From positions 1 to 64,000 of the forward strand of contig JAQGDQ010000587.1 in the NCBI GenBank assembly GCA_030141605.1: 64,000 nucleotides of DNA. Reading direction: 5' to 3'. The stretch comes from Tubiluchus corallicola. Taxonomy: Eukaryota; Animalia; Priapulida. The notes under the pieces are model-generated. The model did not search any database. It worked only from the letters and a program-made list of their open reading frames with translations, and was not told the origin of the DNA. This document shows positions 11,864-24,121 of this stretch, in pieces. The position numbers were made by a program, and so were the translations under genes. Numbering within the stretch: the first letter of the stretch is position 1; each line of letters opens with the position of its first letter.

Positions 11864-13854
11864 GTTATAAGAAGTAATTGTTATTAGTACTAATAACTGT
11901 TTCGGTACAGATATTTCATGATTCAGTCTCTAAACTGTTTAGAATTTTGTTTTTGTCAGTGAACCACAATCATCGTTTTCTTCATCAAGAAATGTTTTAC
12001 ACTGTCTGCCTCGATTTTGCACTCTTGTTGGCTTGGCGACGAGCGTGGGAATCCTACGATTTTTACATGCAACTCTGAATGAAAAGTAGACGGTTGGAAA
12101 GTAACTAAGTAAACCCGTAAATGGAATATGGCAGCATACGTGATAGCATAAAGCAATTAACAAAAATGGCAGATTAGTGCTGGCCAGTATTTCTTTATTT
12201 TTCTAACATTCAGGTAAAACCAGCACAAACCTACATTCACGTTAATGGGCATTGGCGCGAATCGTTTCGGAGATTGTCGTTGAAATTCTGGCACTGGACA
12301 TCTGACAGAGTGTGTTTTAACTGACCTTGTTGTCATGCAGAACAAATGAACTGCCTGTCTGCAGTACTGTGAGTACTGTATGTTAACCTTTTGTTTAGGA
12401 ATAAATAAATTAAGAAATTTTGAAATAAATAAATGAAAAAAGAATAGCAAAGCATTCTCGCTGGATCTCCGTCTACCCGGAAAATTCCCGAAAAATCCTT
12501 TAATGCAGAAAGAGCAGAAGGGTATGCCTCGTTGTGAATGCTAGGCAACTTGCTTGGAGTCTCAAAAACATGCGGCAACTTTCAGAGTTTTCATGGAGTA
12601 CTGTACTTTGTGTCAAATTGGTGCAGGTCATTCACGAAAACAGCATAATAGCCGGACTACTTGCACGACTGCCGGTCTTGCAGGTCAGTCCGCTATGTCA
12701 TGTAAAAAGACCGTAATTCGGCAGTGGCGCGGCAGACCATTTCGGTCGCATCTCTTGCAACGGCCTTTGTGTTAATTTCTTGAAAATTGCTATTTTTATT
12801 CAACTGTGTGCTAATTGGAAGTGTATTTGAGCTCAAATCTCATTTATCTAGTCAGTTTCTGTGCTATTAGGTATTAAATCCTATGACGAGTATCAAAAAG
12901 TAGGTAAAACGGGTTTCATTTATATATATAAATGTTTTTATTTAACAAAAATAATGTAACTATATAATACTACTGTGGGAACACACTAATTGTATACCAA
13001 ACTGTTGTGTTTGCAATCAAACTGTTAACTCATTATTGAGATCACAATTTCTGATATCTATAGGTACTGTTAAATTATATAGATGGAAAGAACTACCGTC
13101 CTAACCCACAATGTAGTTAATTGTTTGAAATACCAATGTTATTGACTCATTGTTTTATATTTAGAGAAACTTATACTAGTGTTAATTGTTGTAACTACAA
13201 TATTGTTTACTATTTGTACATAATACATGGATAAATAAATTTTATAGAACAAAAATGGAAAGGACATTTATTCATTTGTGAAAACAAAGCGATTGCCAAT
13301 CGATATGACCACGCCAGACCTTCAAGGGAGAAATTTTTTAATGTTGTACATCTAGGCAGTAAGATGGCGTTGTCGAAAATAATAAAGCTTACACAAATTA
13401 TAGTTGACAATAATCATGTCTTTGAATGTTAATCGAACACGACTTCTCATCACTAGTACATAAAACCCGTAAACAATTATGGAACCACCACAGCACTGCA
13501 ATCACCTTGACGGCACAAAATAGACGTGAAAATAACTACATTTTTTCTACTTCAATCCTTTTGCTTCAAGTGCTACACGCTAATTTAACAAGGGCCATGA
13601 CTAAAACACCAACAGTCCACAGTATCCTCACTTTTGGAATGATTTCTTGATGTTATCAATTGATTGCAAATCAACGTTAAGAAGTCTCGCACCACCAACT
13701 GCCAGCAGAAGGGTGCCGAGTGTCAAACAAGCACCTTTATTCAAGGGCGTGGTTGCCGTTCGACTCTGATTAAACACGTAAGCAGAGGCACCTATAGGCG
13801 AAAAAAGAAAATTATCAGACAATTGCATATATGAATTTATGCAATACAAATTAA

Positions 13855-14400
13855 ACCAAAACCAGGCCCAGTCTTAAATTGCAGGTCAAAACAATCTACT
13901 CTTTAAAATATTGAAAGTAAACACACTATTTCTTCGAAAATAAACTTACGTGAAAGAATTATTACCACAAACAAAATTTCACGTTTTTGCTCCATTAGTT
14001 CTTTGCTTTTACATGCATTTTGCCATTGGATAGTTAGACGCCTGCATTTCAGAAATGCACAAAAACCAGGTGCTGTACCTCTCAGTTCAGATGTGTTAGT
14101 TTGTGACAAACTAAACATGTTCCACACCTCAGGCATGAGCACAGCGGTAAATTTCAAATTTGAATTTTTGTCTTAAAACTTGCCTAGTTTTAGTACAACA
14201 CACGGAATATCTTATAGTAGCACTGTACTTCAATTTTCGCTTTGCAAACACGTTCACGGAATATTTTTGCTGTTTAAAATTATGTTAGTCTGTGCTCGCC
14301 TGCCATTAATTACGTTTTTAATCTATTATTTAATTATGAGAACCACTTTTGCAGTATTAATTGTGTTAAAATATATACTTTTTATCACACTTGAAAATCC
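13855..14400 (-). mobile_element. Family A Kolobok-like MITE, copy 4
   Basis: Reverse complement of family A, beginning TTAA|accaaaaccaggcccagtc. Confidence 0.7.
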
Positions 14401-14730
14401 CGATATTAGAAGCCCACAGAGACTCTCCCGTTTCTCTATAAATATATCAGCAATATTAATTCTCCTTTCAAAAACAATAAGCTCCCACTTCTTAAAAACC
14501 CCAGTATGAATAACAGAACACTAAATTTAAGAAACATTAGAACGAACAACCAATATGGAAAGAATTCCATTACGAAGCAAGCAATACAACTTTGGAATTC
14601 ATTATCGACATCACTAAAACACAGCAGCTCTTTATCAATATTCAAGTCTAAATTAAAAAAACATTTAATGACTCATTTTGAACATCCGACATACAAACAC
14701 GATGATACTTACTCACATCATAATTTCATT
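14400..14730 (+). mobile_element. CR1/L2-type LINE 3' fragment
   Basis: RTNNQYGKNSITKQAIQLWNSLSTSLKHSSSLSIFKSKLKKHL is the typical ORF2 C-terminus. Confidence 0.7.
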
Positions 14731-15509
14731 TTTCCTAGACCTTACTAAACTAGTTTACATTTTATTTTTGAATTTCTAGTTGCACTTATAGTTTAGCTTG
14801 CACGAGACGCATTTGCCCAGAACAGTGTATGTTTTTTATATGAACTAACACTGATTGTCTGTCTTTTAATATAATGGTCAATGTTTTTAAAATGGCAAAT
14901 AATGATTTTACTACTACAAATCGGGTAGTATATGAAAAATCATCCCATCTTTCTCTTTAAAATGTAAAAGCAACTGGTGTTTTTTTACATCCCTAAACTT
15001 TGTAAAGACAAATTTTTTCACTAGACGAACAAGACCTGCAGCTGAGAGCGCGGGAAACTGATGCCATGCTGGCTTGATTGTGAGAGTGTTTTGGATAAAA
15101 CACACTGCCAAGGGAGGAAGGAGCCATCAAGCCTACCTCATTTCCTTGCTAATCATGTGTAGGCAGTTTTGACCAGCTCGTAAATTTTTAATTTTATAAT
15201 AGTACTTTTACTGTGTACAGGGCATGGGCAGAAGCATGTATTTTCTGAAAGGAAAATCTTAATTCTAGTGGCATAAATTTCATTTTCCTCAGAGTCAAAA
15301 ATTAGCATGTTGAACCAGTGAAATGTTGTCATCCAGCAAGTTACTAAACCACGGTTCATATTAAAAGACAAAAAAGAGGTATAGATTCTTTTCAGTATAC
15401 TCAGTAATGGCAACAATCAATTATGTTGCATCAGTAGAACGAGAATGATATCTTTCGCTTGTGTATTCTTAACAGGTCAACAAAATGGAACACTATCATA
15501 CTTTATTTA

Positions 15510-15981
15510 GTATTATAAGGGATAGGCTTATAAGGGACCACCAACACCGGTCCCGATTTTTCGTAACATTTTTCCTTATAAAAATCTTCGTACATAAGGT
15601 ACTCGGATACAAGGGACTTTCAGTTATAAGGGACGATATTTTCAGGTCCCGCGTAATAGAAACCCAGGTAAATTACCTCGTATGTAAGGGACCCTATGAT
15701 CAAAGCGAAATTGATCGATTTTAAACCTCAATTTTTCACAAACCCGGCCTTCAAACAGCTCGGTTTCCGCGGTCACATACATCTCGCAACACTGAAGGCG
15801 CTTCCTACATACCGTTTGCACTGAATGTGTAGCAATAATCCATAAAAATACGGGTAAAAGTACAGAAAACTACAGGTCTAGATATATCCTCGGTCTGACG
15901 CAACTTCGGGTATAAGGGACATCAGATATAAGGGGCGATTTTTTCCGATCCGGAGGTGTCTTTGATGTCCGAGGTTGACTG
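15510..15981. mobile_element. pogo/Tigger-like MITE (5' part missing)
   Basis: Repeated tataagggac motifs. Right terminus tccgaggttgactg|TA. Confidence 0.6.
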
Positions 15982-15984
15982 TAA

Positions 15985-16200
15985 TAATTTTTAAAGAGAT
16001 GTGTCTTCAAGCATTTTTTAAATATTTGCACAGTAGAAACTGTTCTAAGGTTTTGTGACAAGGAATTCGAAGATTTAGAAGAAAATGTAAGGTCGCCAAA
16101 AGTCTTTTTTCTATTTTAATACTATTTTTAAAACATGTACCAAAAGTTATAGGAAAATGTGTACAGTAGTTTGTTGTGTTTATGTAACCTATCAGATAAA
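15985..16200 (-). mobile_element. CR1/L2-type LINE 3' fragment
   Basis: Minus-strand NSLSQNLRTVSTVQIFKKCLKTHLF motif. Confidence 0.5.
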
Positions 16201-16217
16201 CTAACAGTTTATATATA

Positions 16218-16647
16218 CACTCATAACTTGGTTTGCCGGACAAAAGTGGGAGATGTTGGTCCGAATTTGCCGATCGTTTGTATTTACTGATACCTAGCTA
16301 ATACAGTTGGCACCGTGTATTAGACTCACGAAAATGCAGAATCATCGCCTAATTGTCTCAAAAACTCTGAGACAAATCACCTAAATCGTGCAAAAATATA
16401 TAAAATCCATCGACAATTGACTCAAATAACTACAGGCAATTGATTCTATATTTTTATACATATAGAGATGTACACGTGGCTACAGTGATGTAATGATGTA
16501 AACAAAGTGACGGTCCACCAACGAGAGGTCAGACTAGTGTCAAACAACAGACGATGTCCGCATTATGTGGGACTTTTAACAGTCCGTATTTTGTCCGATT
16601 GTTCTGATATCCGTAAAAGCGAGGTCACGCAAAGCGAGATATGAGTG
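16218..16647. mobile_element. TA-flanked MITE family C (TIR CACTCATATCTCGGTTTGCCGGAC), copy 1
   Basis: Imperfect TIRs at both ends. Related copies in opposite orientation at 31099-31668 and 42537-42885. Confidence 0.75.
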
Positions 16648-17944
16648 TGCACCTAATTCTAACCTGTAACTAGTGCAAATAAAACATAGCAGCAGTAGCA
16701 TTATCACATATTCTTGCACCAACAGCAACCTTTGCTGCCAAATTCTAAATGTGCTGCATAGGTTGGTTGGTGCAGTTAGTAAAGTAAAGTAAAGTAAAGA
16801 CATCTACCCAGCACTACGCAGCCAGTTACTAATCTGCAAGGCAAACAGTCCTCATCTCTTGTTAGTTCATCAATGTGATCCGTGGCTTCGTGTTTGCGAC
16901 CACCTTCCATTGCGGCGGCTATAATGGCACCTATAAACAAGCTATAAAACAGGAAAAAAATTTATTTTCTATAGTTCAGCATTACATGTAAATTCCTAAT
17001 TTTCGTCAAATTTCGTCGGCAAAAAACGAAAATCGACTCTTTATAGATCTGTTTCAAAAGATGCTAGTATTTAACACATCATGAGCAAAGAAATCTCGTA
17101 TCACCTTGTGTACTAGCATCATACGATCGAATCCCGGTAATACGATTTGGCTCATAATGAAGCTCTCAGTAGTATGATTATATCATGTGCTTGCCAAGGT
17201 TATAATAAAATCTATGTAATCACTTATGCTTAACTCAAAATGCATTACTACGAAACTCCCATTTGTACGATGATTTCCCAAAGTCCTGCCAGTATAGTTT
17301 CAATACGTTTGTCAGTCTGATAATTACTGATTAATGCTTTCTTCTAAAATGTTTGTAAGTTGCTCGTCTCATCTAAACACTCTTCTTGTTGCCTGGTGAC
17401 AATAACCTATAGTTGATCATTTTCACTGTATAATTATAATAATGATTTAAAGTCAAGCACGTTTTTAGCAGTACAAATGCGCTGTGCCGTAAGCTATACC
17501 GTAGCATATATTGGCATACAGTAATAACTAACTTATTATTATATAATATTAAGTTTCAGGAAACCATCAAAATTCGCTTGGTGATCTGAAAAGCTATATT
17601 GCAGGTTTTAACTCGCAAACTTCACATTTATAACATTATTTTTTTCTTGTTCAAAGTCTCATTCCGTCTGATGTAGACATTGAGGCACTACCAGTTATTA
17701 AAGAATTCCACCCACTTCTGTCTGCAGCAAACAGAGTAAGTTCTTCTGCTCCCTAAAGCTAGATTTCGTTGAATTTGCTAGATGGTTCTTGTCGGTGTGC
17801 AGCAACTCGTTGAAAATAACAACATTGAGCGACGTACGTCTACCATTTACTTATAGCATACCAGCCCTCGGTCTAATATTTAACACTCCATCACAGCAAC
17901 GCGGGACATCGTTGTATCTTTTTCTCGAGCTGTGAAGATGTTTC

Positions 17945-18278
17945 ATATTGTCTAAACGTGTCTGACTGGACTGACACTTGGAAGAAAAAAGTGCTAGGCC
18001 GATTAAACCCAGAAGACTCAATTGGGTGAGTCATGCTCTAAGGTTACCTGAAGATAGTCCATTTATAAAGATTTCCATGAATGAATTCAATCATCAAAGA
18101 AACCAAGAGGCGGTGCATTACGTACACGGATGGGTTTCACGCAAAAAGATCTTAGTGCAACATCTCTTTCTTTGAAAGGTACTTCATCCTGGAGAGTAGC
18201 TGAGGACCGAAGTACTTGGTAGCAGAAATTTACTAGTGCTGTACCTTCAGGAATGAACACAAAACATGATGATGATGG
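17945..18278 (+). mobile_element. RTE-type LINE 3' fragment
   Basis: RRLNWVSHALRLPEDSP...RTW...AEDRSTW motifs and a (GAT)n tail. Confidence 0.65.
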
Positions 18279-18334
18279 AACTTGGAACGTTAAGTGGAAG
18301 TAGTGCCGACTAGCCGTAACATTTTTGTTATGTT

Positions 18335-18453
18335 ACCTGCTGTGTTTGCCTGCCTTGAGGGCAGATTTATTTTATTTTCGAATTCTGCGGCATTTCTGCC
18401 TGCCTAGTGTCTGCAGTTGATGTAATGTGCATATGATGGTGATGATGACGATG
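18335..18453 (+). repeat. Short interspersed repeat with (GAT)n tail; second copy at ~22250-22350
   Basis: Both copies share ggcagattt...gaattctgc...ctgcc.agtgtct.ca...tatgatgatgat. Confidence 0.6.
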
Positions 18454-18806
18454 AAGCTTGTGGGTTTTAAAATTGGACCAGCGAACAGCAATATGCCTGC
18501 TGGTCTATGCTTTTTACAGGAAATTAAAATCTGTATGACAAAAACTAGAAGGCGCAGCTGTCACTGGTTTAAGCTGTGGCCTTATAACAATGTGTAGCGT
18601 TTACTACATCATAATTACCTGTTGTGTATGCCTGATTTTTAAAGGCATACTTTTTACTAATGCAGTTACTACAAGTGCATTGTCATCTATCAAAATTTTT
18701 TAACGTCTTGGTAAGAGGCTTCACCGGGCACGATAAAACAGTAAAAAAAATTTTAAATTATAGACAACTTTAAGCAAAAAATGTATTTTTGGATTTTTTT
18801 AGGCAG

Positions 18807-19439
18807 GTTCATCAGTTCGCAGGACAGAGGGCAGCAGCAATGGAAGAAGGTCTCTATAAATGTGATGAATGTGGCTTCTCTTTCTCGACTGAATCCCTGT
18901 TAAAACGACATCTGAAAGTCCACTCTTCTGTGACGCAATACAAATGTGACTTCTGCGGCAAGACATTCAATGATGGCAGCAACATGCGGCGTCATCTCAT
19001 CCTCCATTCTGGTATCAAACCTTACAAGTGTGATCAGTGTGATTCTGCTTTTACACAGTCGACACATCTGAAACTACATGTCAGAGTTCACACTGGGGAG
19101 AAACCTTATAAGTGTGAGTATTGTGATGCTGCCTATCCAGCTGCACACCAACTGAGCGAGCACAAGCGCGTTCATACAGGTGAAAAGCCTTATAAATGTG
19201 ATCACTGTGATTTGTCATTCAGACGCTGGTGTGGCTGGAAGAAGCATTCATACAAGCACTCCGGTATCAAGCCTTACAAATGTAACTATTGTGAGAAATC
19301 ATTTCGTGACTCCGGGTATCTAAATGTGCACATGAGGACTCATACCGGAGAGAACACTCACCCTTGCAGTCGGTGTGAGATGTCATTTGACCGCCACAAG
19401 GAGCTGCGCCGGCATCTTAGAGAAAATCATCCAGTATGA
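18807..19439 (+). CDS. C2H2 (Krueppel-type) zinc-finger protein, 7 fingers; terminal or sole coding exon
   Basis: Seven CxxC-x12-HxxxH fingers with TGEKPY/SGIKPY linkers. Acceptor ttttttaggcag at 18806. A phase-compatible upstream exon may lie at 17657-17735 (LIPSDVDIEALPVIKEFHPLLSAANR), or translation may start at ATG 18840. Confidence 0.88.
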   Translation, partial: VHQFAGQRAAAMEEGLYKCDECGFSFSTESLLKRHLKVHSSVTQYKCDFCGKTFNDGSNMRRHLILHSGIKPYKCDQCDSAFTQSTHLKLHVRVHTGEKPYKCEYCDAAYPAAHQLSEHKRVHTGEKPYKCDHCDLSFRRWCGWKKHSYKHSGIKPYKCNYCEKSFRDSGYLNVHMRTHTGENTHPCSRCEMSFDRHKELRRHLRENHPV

Positions 19440-19663
19440 ACAGAACTTTAGGTTTAAAGTGATAAGAAAAAACTCTTCTTAAGAAATATCCGAAATTTTG
19501 TGTCCGCATAGAATGTAATGTAGAAGGCAGTAAATTGTTTTGTGCCTTGTGTATGCATCACTGCAACTGAACATGTCTTGTTAAACATACTGCCAGGTGT
19601 GAAGTCATCCAAGTAAAAAAAACATTTAAGTGTTGCCAAGATGGTGTGGCATATCTACTGCCA

Positions 19664-20049
19664 AGTGAGCATCGAACGTTCGAGTTTGAGCATTCTAATC
19701 GAATTGCTTTTTTTAGTTTGAATTCGAACCGAACCTAACATTAGAGATTCGAATAATTCAGCACTTTGCTGACATACGTTCTTTATCATTAAAACGTTTT
19801 AAACATCATGCAATTAGCACATTTTAGCTGTGATTTCTGTGCACAATTTTTAAGCAAATTATCAGTGGTTTTACTGCAAAGCAAAATCGAGCAATATGCA
19901 TGATCTTTGTAGGATCATTTTTTACTGGTGGTTCGAAAATCTTTCAAACTCGGTTCGCAAGGAAATACTATAATTCGATTTGATTCGAAATCGAAAGCCA
20001 CAAACTCAATTTGATTCGAATATCATTTGTGGTAGAGAATGCTCACCCT
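19664..20049. mobile_element. hAT-like MITE with ATTCGA repeats
   Basis: 8-bp direct repeat TACTGCCA at 19656-19663 and 20050-20057. Ends agtgagcat...atgctcaccct. Confidence 0.65.
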
Positions 20050-22801
20050 TACTGCCAAGCGTTTCGTGTTCCTGTTTTGCTGTGTGCTTCCAACAACATT
20101 TGTGAATAATTTCGGTTTGAATTTGAAAAAAAATATGTAAGTTCATGTTATTTGATGGTTTAGTGCCAAATCAATTAAGAAGTTCAAAGTTTGGGTCAGA
20201 AAGATATATACTTTGAACCCAGAAAGCAGTGCGTAAAATCGATTGTGAAACTTGCCGATTATGCTGTCAGCCAAGATTCTAAAACATGGAAAATTGTGAC
20301 GTAACCAATAGTGTTGTTCTGATTAATTGTTTTAACTATAATCAAAGTTCTGACTGTGACCAAGGTCAGTCTATAGAGTCATTCCACTAAGTGCTCAATC
20401 ATAATTTAGAACGATAGATGTTTGTTTAATACAAAGGACAAAAAACCTACAGTGTCAACTATTATAGGTAAAACAACATAAGAGATAAAATAACAATTAA
20501 AAGGTTTAATGTTTTAATTTCATACTGATGCAATGACCAAATGATGCCATATTATGATCCATCATTAATCGATCATTGATAATTTTTGAAGGCTGATTTA
20601 TCATAGAAATATGACGATTCGCGACACTCATCAAGTTTGTTTTTTAAAGTGGGCCTGTAGGCGTACCACATGGTATTGGTCGACACTCAACAAAGCAAAA
20701 AGTAAATGTTTAAGCTTTAAATTTTGAAGCTGCATCAGCTGTTCCATAAAATTAATGTCGTTAGGATGTATTTTTGTCATCATTTTGTCTTTGTTATCAA
20801 AGTTGCTGCTGCTAACATCATTGTTTTCATCAACCAAAGTTAAAACGACCTCTGTGCTTATTAATTTGGCTTCAGGAAATGCAGTTCGGTTGTTGACCCA
20901 TGAAAGAATGCAATATTTTGATGAACACATCATTCCTTTGTTGTATTTTTACCAAGTTTTAATAATTTTGTGCAAGCAGAAAAAATCTGCCATCAACAGG
21001 ATTAAGTTTGATCAACATCTGCAAAAAATAGTGAATATGATGAAGTTTTAATTTCCTGAGAATGATGAACTTGAGTTAATGCAATGAAGGTTACCTGAAC
21101 ACGGCTTCTTTATTAGAGAGACAACTGAAATGCTAAAAGTCAGGCAATTTTGTGATTTTGGGTATTTAGTGGTCACAAAATTGAAGTTTTGAAGATGTCA
21201 GTGCACATGACATTTAGCAGAATTTGTAAGTTGTTTGCCTATTTGGCAAAATATTTCATTAATTGTCACAATTTATATTTAATAAAATGCTGGGTGATTT
21301 TCTGTTTGCTTCAGTAGATTCTGTCATAAAGTTTTTTACATAATTATTAAAATGCCATGCCTTTTGACTTGCTGTAAAAAATTATGTTTATTTCACAAGA
21401 GAAATATTAGATTAGTTTATGAGCTGTCACAGTTAACTCAAAAGCTGCTTCGATAAAGATTATGTGCTGCATACAGTCCAGTGGTTATGGCATTGAAGTT
21501 GCAGTTCAAAGTTCTTAGTTCAAATCTATGCTTGGTCCCTATACTGCTCCCAATTTCAGTAAATAAGGTAAGTAATAATTTTTGTTGCATATTGATGGTT
21601 TCATAATCAAAATAATCAATAGCAATATTTTGAAAAAACAAAATATACTGTTCAAAGCTTGAATTTTAGTGAATAGTAAATCAAAATTTATGAGCATAGC
21701 TGATCGTTCGTATTTACCTAATGCACAGAGTTTCAAACAATGAGATTGAAACTACCCAATTGTACCGATGTTCAAAGATAACACAACAACAGTCTAATTG
21801 CGAGATCGTGCACGATTATTGTGATATACCAATAGGAAGCAATGCGAAAGTGCATGCACAGTTATTGTACACTAACTCAGGGTAGTGCTGGACTAAACAC
21901 GTGAACTGTGGCATAGCTAGCTTAGAAGGCATATTGCAAGCCACTTCCACACTAAATTTTAAGGACATATTAGCTTTTCAATTGATTGCGCAAGATTTTG
22001 ATGCAATAAATTGTTCCGCACCGTCATTATTAAATCGTAATACCCCTCTCTAGCAAAGCGTTATGTCATGGCTTGTAAGTTGTAACATTGTAATTGTTGC
22101 ATAATAGTGGCGCTTATATCTATGACCACAAAAGCCGGCGTGCGAACAGACTGAATATTCTCGAAAACTTTAGACTCAATGTTATGATGTCCCATACTGC
22201 CGAATAAGTCAATTTTAGTTTAACGTAGCAGTGCCTAGTTTTTTGCTGGATTACTGCTGCGTTTACCTGTCTGAAGGCAGATTTCTTTTATTTGAGAATT
22301 CTGCCTGCCCAGTGTCTACAATAGACGTGACGGCGTATGATGATGATGATAACGTTTTTTCGGATATGTAATTGATATTCACTGGCTTATTGTACTATTT
22401 TTGACAACGACTTTTGATTATTTGTCGACGACAAAGACTTGTTTTAGCCTTTCCCAAATTTAAGGTTTGGTTTTGATTTTATATTTACGGGGTAGTCGAG
22501 TTTAGTTTAGAAACAAAATAAACTTAAAAAGTTAAACATTACCTCGTACGTTCATGCTCGAACACCCAATTAACTATTTTTGCATTTAATTTTTGTATCT
22601 TTAGCAGCTGGAGCATCCAAAACATCTGCTAAAGTTGCGCGAAGTAGCCGCCACTGAAACACATTTGTTCTCTGAAGAAGGAAGTACAATTGCTTCCAAG
22701 ACGTCCTTTGACGTTCTCCAAGACGTTGTTGAAGAGCTTTCAGTCTTCAGTTGCTATATTATGTTAACTAGTGAACAGAAAATCTTTACTGGTTAATAAC
22801 C

Positions 22802-24121
22802 ATGCCTTTTCAGCAGCTTTCACAAAGGCATGTGCTAAGCACGTTTTTCAAGGAAATCGCTTCCATCACGACAATTCCGGAGGCGAGGCGGACGATGGGA
22901 TTAATAAGTTTAAATACCTTGTGCAGCGTAGTGTTATTGGTTATGTGTCATGCTTCAGAAAGCATGGTTTTGACTTCTTACACGTATCTGACCATCTTCG
23001 ATCTGTTTAGTTTGTGCGTTTGTCTGTTGACGATATGGGTCGAGCAACAGAGGCCCACGAAAACATTTTCATTCGGTTATAGTCGGTTTGAGGTTCTCGC
23101 CGTATTTGCCAGCACAATTTTGGCGCAGCTTGGTGCATTGTTCATCCTTAAAGAAAGCATTGAGAGACTTCTCGTGCAACCGGAAATTTCTACACGTAAC
23201 TTGCTCGCCGCGAGCGTCCTTGCGTTCGCTGTGCACATCATTGCAGTATACGGCGTCCAGAACAAGGCGTTTAACCAAGTCATCGAAGCGGCTAGCTCTA
23301 GTTGGCTACAAGAGCACATGTCAGATCTGAGTCATAGCATCTGCCGCGTGGTTCCGGGACTGACCCGTGTGTTGCTCCCAAGAGTCAATCCGATTTCTCT
23401 CTTTGCCTGCATGGGATGGCTGGCGATTTTTGTCACCAAGGTCCTCATCGACTACCATTCTTTTTTCAAAGCCGACACGTTAGCAGCCATGTTTGTAGCC
23501 ACCATGATATTTGGCACCATGATACCGATGAGTGCTTATACGGGTAAAATTCTGCTCCAGACTGCACCGTCGCACATGATCGGCCAGTTGGACAAGTGCA
23601 TTCGCGAGGCAGGAACGCTAGACGGCGTGCTCGAATTTCGGGAAGAGCATTTCTGGACGCTGGCATTCGGTAAACTTGCGGGTTCCCTGCACGTCCGCAT
23701 TCGACGGGACGCAAACGAGCAACTGGTCTTGGCTCATTTATCAGATCGTTTGTCAGATTTAGTGTCCATCTTGACCGTGCATTTGTTCAAGGACGACTGG
23801 ACAAGAACTCCACACACGCAGGTTCTGGTGCCCGGTCTTAACTCTTTCCGGCCGCTATCGCCCACACAGCAGACCAGCAACTCCGACACCATTAGAATTT
23901 CCATTGATGCGGAACCAAAACCGTTTATTGACAGTCCGGTGCGAACCGACGGCGACGGTTTTACGCCAACGCCAATTTGTGCGCCTTATGATAATTATGC
24001 GGCGACCTCCGCCGTTTCATCTTACAGTGTAGAAACAACTATTCCTCAGAGCAAATCTTCTCCGAGTGATAGACCTCGCTTTGTGAAACTGGACAATGTG
24101 AATTCGAAACATAAAAGCTGA
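22802..24121 (+). CDS. SLC30A6: Zinc transporter 6 (CDF family), intronless CDS, 439 aa
   Basis: Matches recalled human ZnT6 motifs: YTYLTIFDLFSL, FEVLAVFASTILAQLGALFILKES, AASSSWLQEH, GKILLQT.P.H.IGQLDK, EHFWTL.FG.LAGS.HVRIRRDANEQ.VLAH, FKDDW. TM2 lacks the zinc-site His, as is typical of ZnT6. Possible 5' UTR acceptor near 22604. Confidence 0.93.
   Translation: MPFQQLSQRHVLSTFFKEIASITTIPEARRTMGLISLNTLCSVVLLVMCHASESMVLTSYTYLTIFDLFSLCVCLLTIWVEQQRPTKTFSFGYSRFEVLAVFASTILAQLGALFILKESIERLLVQPEISTRNLLAASVLAFAVHIIAVYGVQNKAFNQVIEAASSSWLQEHMSDLSHSICRVVPGLTRVLLPRVNPISLFACMGWLAIFVTKVLIDYHSFFKADTLAAMFVATMIFGTMIPMSAYTGKILLQTAPSHMIGQLDKCIREAGTLDGVLEFREEHFWTLAFGKLAGSLHVRIRRDANEQLVLAHLSDRLSDLVSILTVHLFKDDWTRTPHTQVLVPGLNSFRPLSPTQQTSNSDTIRISIDAEPKPFIDSPVRTDGDGFTPTPICAPYDNYAATSAVSSYSVETTIPQSKSSPSDRPRFVKLDNVNSKHKS

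Noticed and set aside
20375-21200. Possible decayed DNA transposon starting agagtcattcca
   Set aside because: I could not find a matching second terminus or a recognisable transposase motif.
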